Below are positions 61,201 through 64,000 of a stretch of DNA of 64,000 nt, piece by piece. Location: NCBI RefSeq assembly GCF_963921235.1, contig NC_086097.1:108254001-108318000 (forward strand), written 5' to 3'. The position numbers were made by a program, and so were the translations under genes. The stretch is from Mobula hypostoma. Lineage: Eukaryota. Within the stretch, counting starts at the first letter, position 1. Each line of letters starts with the position of its first letter. Below the pieces are notes generated by a model. It saw only the letters and a program-made list of their open reading frames with translations, made no database searches and was not told the origin of the DNA.

Positions 61201-62045
61201 CAACACACAAAATGCTGAAGGAACTCAGCAGGCCAGGCAGCATCTATGGAAAAGAGTAAACAGTAGACATTTCAGGCCTGGAAAGAAAGATGAGAAGACA
61301 GAGTAAGAAGGAAGGGGGACGGGAGGAAAAAGCACAAGGTGATAGGTGATAGGTGAAGCCAGGAAAGGAGAAAGGGGTGAAGTAAAGAGCTCCGAAGGTG
61401 GAAGAGATAAAGGGCTGGAGAAGGGGAATCTGATAGGAGAGGATAGAAGACCATGGAAAAGAAGTAGAAGGAGGAACACTAGAGGGAGGTGATAGGCAGG
61501 TAAGGAGATGAGGTGAGAGAGGAAAATAGGAATGGGGAATGGGGAAGGAGAGGTGGGGGGCAATTACTGGAAGTTCGAGAAATCTAAGTTCATGCTATTG
61601 GGTTGGAGGCTACCCCAGCAGAATATAAAGTGTTGTTCCTCCAACCACAGTGTGGCCTTATAGCAACAGTAGAGGAGGCCATGGACTGAGATGTTAGCAA
61701 AGGAAGTAAGATTGAAATGGATGGCTACTGGGGGACTCACCGATATACAGGAGGCCACACCAGGAGCACCTGATACAGTAGATGACCTCAACAGACTCAC
61801 AGTTGAAGTGTCACCTCACTTGGAGGGACTGTTTCTGGCCCTGAATGGTAGTGAAGGAGGAGGTATAGGAGCAGGTGTAGCACTTGTTCCACTTGCAAGG
61901 ATAAGTGCCAGGAGGGAGATCAGTGTGGAGGGACGAGTAGACAAGGGAGTCGAGTAGGGTGCATTCCCTGTGGAAAGTGGAAAGTTGTGGGGGGGGAGGG
62001 AAAGATGTGCTTGGTGGTGGCGGAGGTTAGGGAGAATTATGTACT
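61201..62045 (-). mobile_element. Penelope-like element 3' fragment
   Basis: ORF 61564-61800 VHGLLYCCYKATLWLEEQHFIFCWGSLQPNSMNLDFSNF; tail at 61201-61280. Confidence 0.85.
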
Positions 62046-62049
62046 GGTG

Positions 62050-63270
62050 CCTCTACACCTCCTCCCTCACTACCAATCAGGGCTCCAAACAGTCCTTCCT
62101 GGTAAGGCGACACTTCACCTGTGTCTGTTGGGATCATCTACTTGTAAGGGGTTTCTTCTTTTATGTTACTGCGTAGGCTAATTAAAATGGCTTCTTTGTT
62201 ATGTTAACTGCTGGGAAAGTTCTCTCTCTAGTAGCTTGTTTGGGTTATAAAGAGAATTGTATTCATTTGCTAACCAATTGGGATAGATGTTATTCTTTCT
62301 TGTGTGTTTGTAAGCTATTGTGTTGCGTGGGCTTTGGGGCAGAAGGCGCGATGGGGACAGAGAGAGGAGACGCGATGCTGTAAGCTGGCCGATGGGACGG
62401 ACCCTGAGCGGGAGTCCAAGGCCCAGGGTCTTTGGCGAGGAGAGGAGACGAAGACAGACTTGTGTGGAGTGTCTGGTTGACCACTGTGGTTGGTCCCAGG
62501 CGGCGGGTTGAGGTGGTCAGAGGGGATCAAATGGTGGAAAGATCGTTACTTGAGCTGCAACTGTTGCGCACGAAGTTGCTGAACTTTGATAAGTTTGGTG
62601 CCTTTTACTTTCCTTTTATATTTTATCTCTATTAATTACATAGTTCCAGTAAGATCTATAAAGTGTAATCATTTAATCGCATATGGTGTATTGTCTGTTA
62701 TTTGGCGGGGTGGGGTACATCACACATATCCACACAAACTTGATTACCCAGTTTGGCGGGACCAAAGGCTGCTTCCCCTAGACGAAAGCGAGCTGAGCGA
62801 GCCTGAGGCTTACCAGGGGGCTACATACTGTATCTAGTGCTCACAGTGTGGCCTCCTGTATATCGGTGAGATCTGATGTAGATTGGGAGACTGCTTTGCT
62901 GAGCACCCCACCCCCTCTCCTCACCATTCCCCATTCCTCATTCCTATTTCCCTCTCTCACCTTATGCCTGTCTGCCAGAAAAAAATGGGATCTTCCGGTA
63001 ACCACCCATTTCAATTCTATTTCCCACTCCCATTCTGACATGTCAATCTATGGCCTCCTTTACTGCCTTGATGAGGCCACACTCAGGTTGGAGGAACAAC
63101 ACCTTATATTCTGTTTGGGTGGCCTCCAACCTGATGGCATGAGCATCGATTTCTCGAACTTCTGGTAATGCCACCTCCCCCTACCCCCCATTCACCATTC
63201 CTGTTTCCCTCTCTCACCTTATCTCCTTCCCTGCCATCACCTCGCTCTGGTGCTGCTCCTCTTTCCCTTT
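62050..63270 (+). mobile_element. Penelope GIY-YIG fragment interrupted by a solo LTR
   Basis: ORF 62848-63168 HSDMSIYGLLYCLDEATLRLEEQHLIFCLGGLQPDGMSIDFSNF. Confidence 0.85.
62143..62825. mobile_element. Intact solo LTR, 683 bp (4-bp TSD suggests Gypsy type)
   Basis: TGTA...TACA termini; TSD TACT at 62139-62142 and 62826-62829; Penelope sequence continues across it. Confidence 0.9.
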
Positions 63271-63522
63271 CAATAGGTACATTTAATGTCAGAGAAATGT
63301 ATGCAATATACATCCTGAAATTCATTTTCTTCACAAATATCCACGAAAACAGAGGAGTGCCCCAAATAATGAATGACAGTTAAACGTTAGAACCCCAAAG
63401 CCCCCCCCCAGCTCCCCCTCCCACGCACAAGCAGCAAGGCAACGACCCCCCCCCCCCACTCCCACCAGCAAAAAAGCATCAGCGACCCCACCGAGCACTC
63501 AGGAGTGCAGTAAAACATCAAA
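63271..63522 (-). mobile_element. 5'-truncated copy of the 55049-55868 family
   Basis: CAATAGGTACATTTAATGTCAGAGAAATGTATGCAATATACATCCTGAAATTC nearly identical to 55049-55101. Confidence 0.8.
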
Positions 63523-63559
63523 TTCTTCCATGGTCTTCTATCCTCTCCTGTCAGCTTCT

Positions 63560-64000
63560 GTGCAAGTCCAGAGCTTTACTCACTTTATCCCTATGATTGT
63601 GTGGTTACAAATAGCGCCAATGCCATATTTATGTTTGCCGACAATAGCACTGTTGTTGACTGTATCAAAGGTGGTAACGAATATGTATATAGGAGTGAGG
63701 TTGAATGGCGCCACAACAATAATTTGTTACTCAATATCAGCAGAACCAAAGGGCTGATTATTGACTGCAGGGGGAGGAAACTGGGGAGTCCATGAGCCAG
63801 TCTTCATTAGGGGATTGGAGGTGTAGAGGGTTAGTAACTTTAAATTTCTTGTTGTTATCATATCAGACGATTTATCCTGGCACCAGCACATAAGTGCCAT
63901 CACAAAGAAGGCATGACAATGGCTCTACTTTCTTAGAAGTATGTGTAGAATCAGCATATCACCAAAGCTTTGACAGACTTCTATAGATCCAGAGTGGAGA
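63560..64000 (+). mobile_element. Rex1/Babar RT fragment, runs off the window
   Basis: ORF 63601-63795 FADNSTVV...EWRHNNNLLLNISRTKGLIID. Confidence 0.85.

Noticed and set aside
49652..62825. One full-length LTR retrotransposon or ERV bounded by the two LTRs
   Set aside because: The right LTR has its own TSD inside a Penelope, the left sits inside a Rex, and no gag/pol lies between.

Overview
Vertebrate, repeat-dominated DNA; the repeat spectrum (CR1, Rex1/Babar, Penelope with hammerhead-bearing tails, V-SINEs) suggests a cartilaginous fish, probably a ray (inference). I could not identify any host protein-coding gene. Nearly all ORFs in the track are transposon fragments, their antisense shadows, or chimeras across insertion junctions. 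The main structure is a TA-flanked DD34E Tc1 derivative (27573-32620) built from two inverted 3' ends. Between intact termini it carries near-perfect inverted copies of two distant local sequences: 686 bp from 36099-36784 and 126 bp of unique DNA from 21800-21925. The junctions show 10-, 1- and 3-bp microhomologies and a hypermutated return junction, consistent with templated capture of host DNA into a potentially mobilisable element. Also found: minimal type I hammerhead ribozyme motifs in Penelope tails (two in fold-back arrangements), a decayed PIF/Harbinger transposase missed by the ORF track, a young hairpin-bearing tRNA-derived SINE, two solo LTRs of one family, a Tigger-like MITE, a four-level TE nest and several smaller templated insertions. 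All alignments and mismatch counts were done by eye; boundaries without a stated TSD or TIR are approximate.
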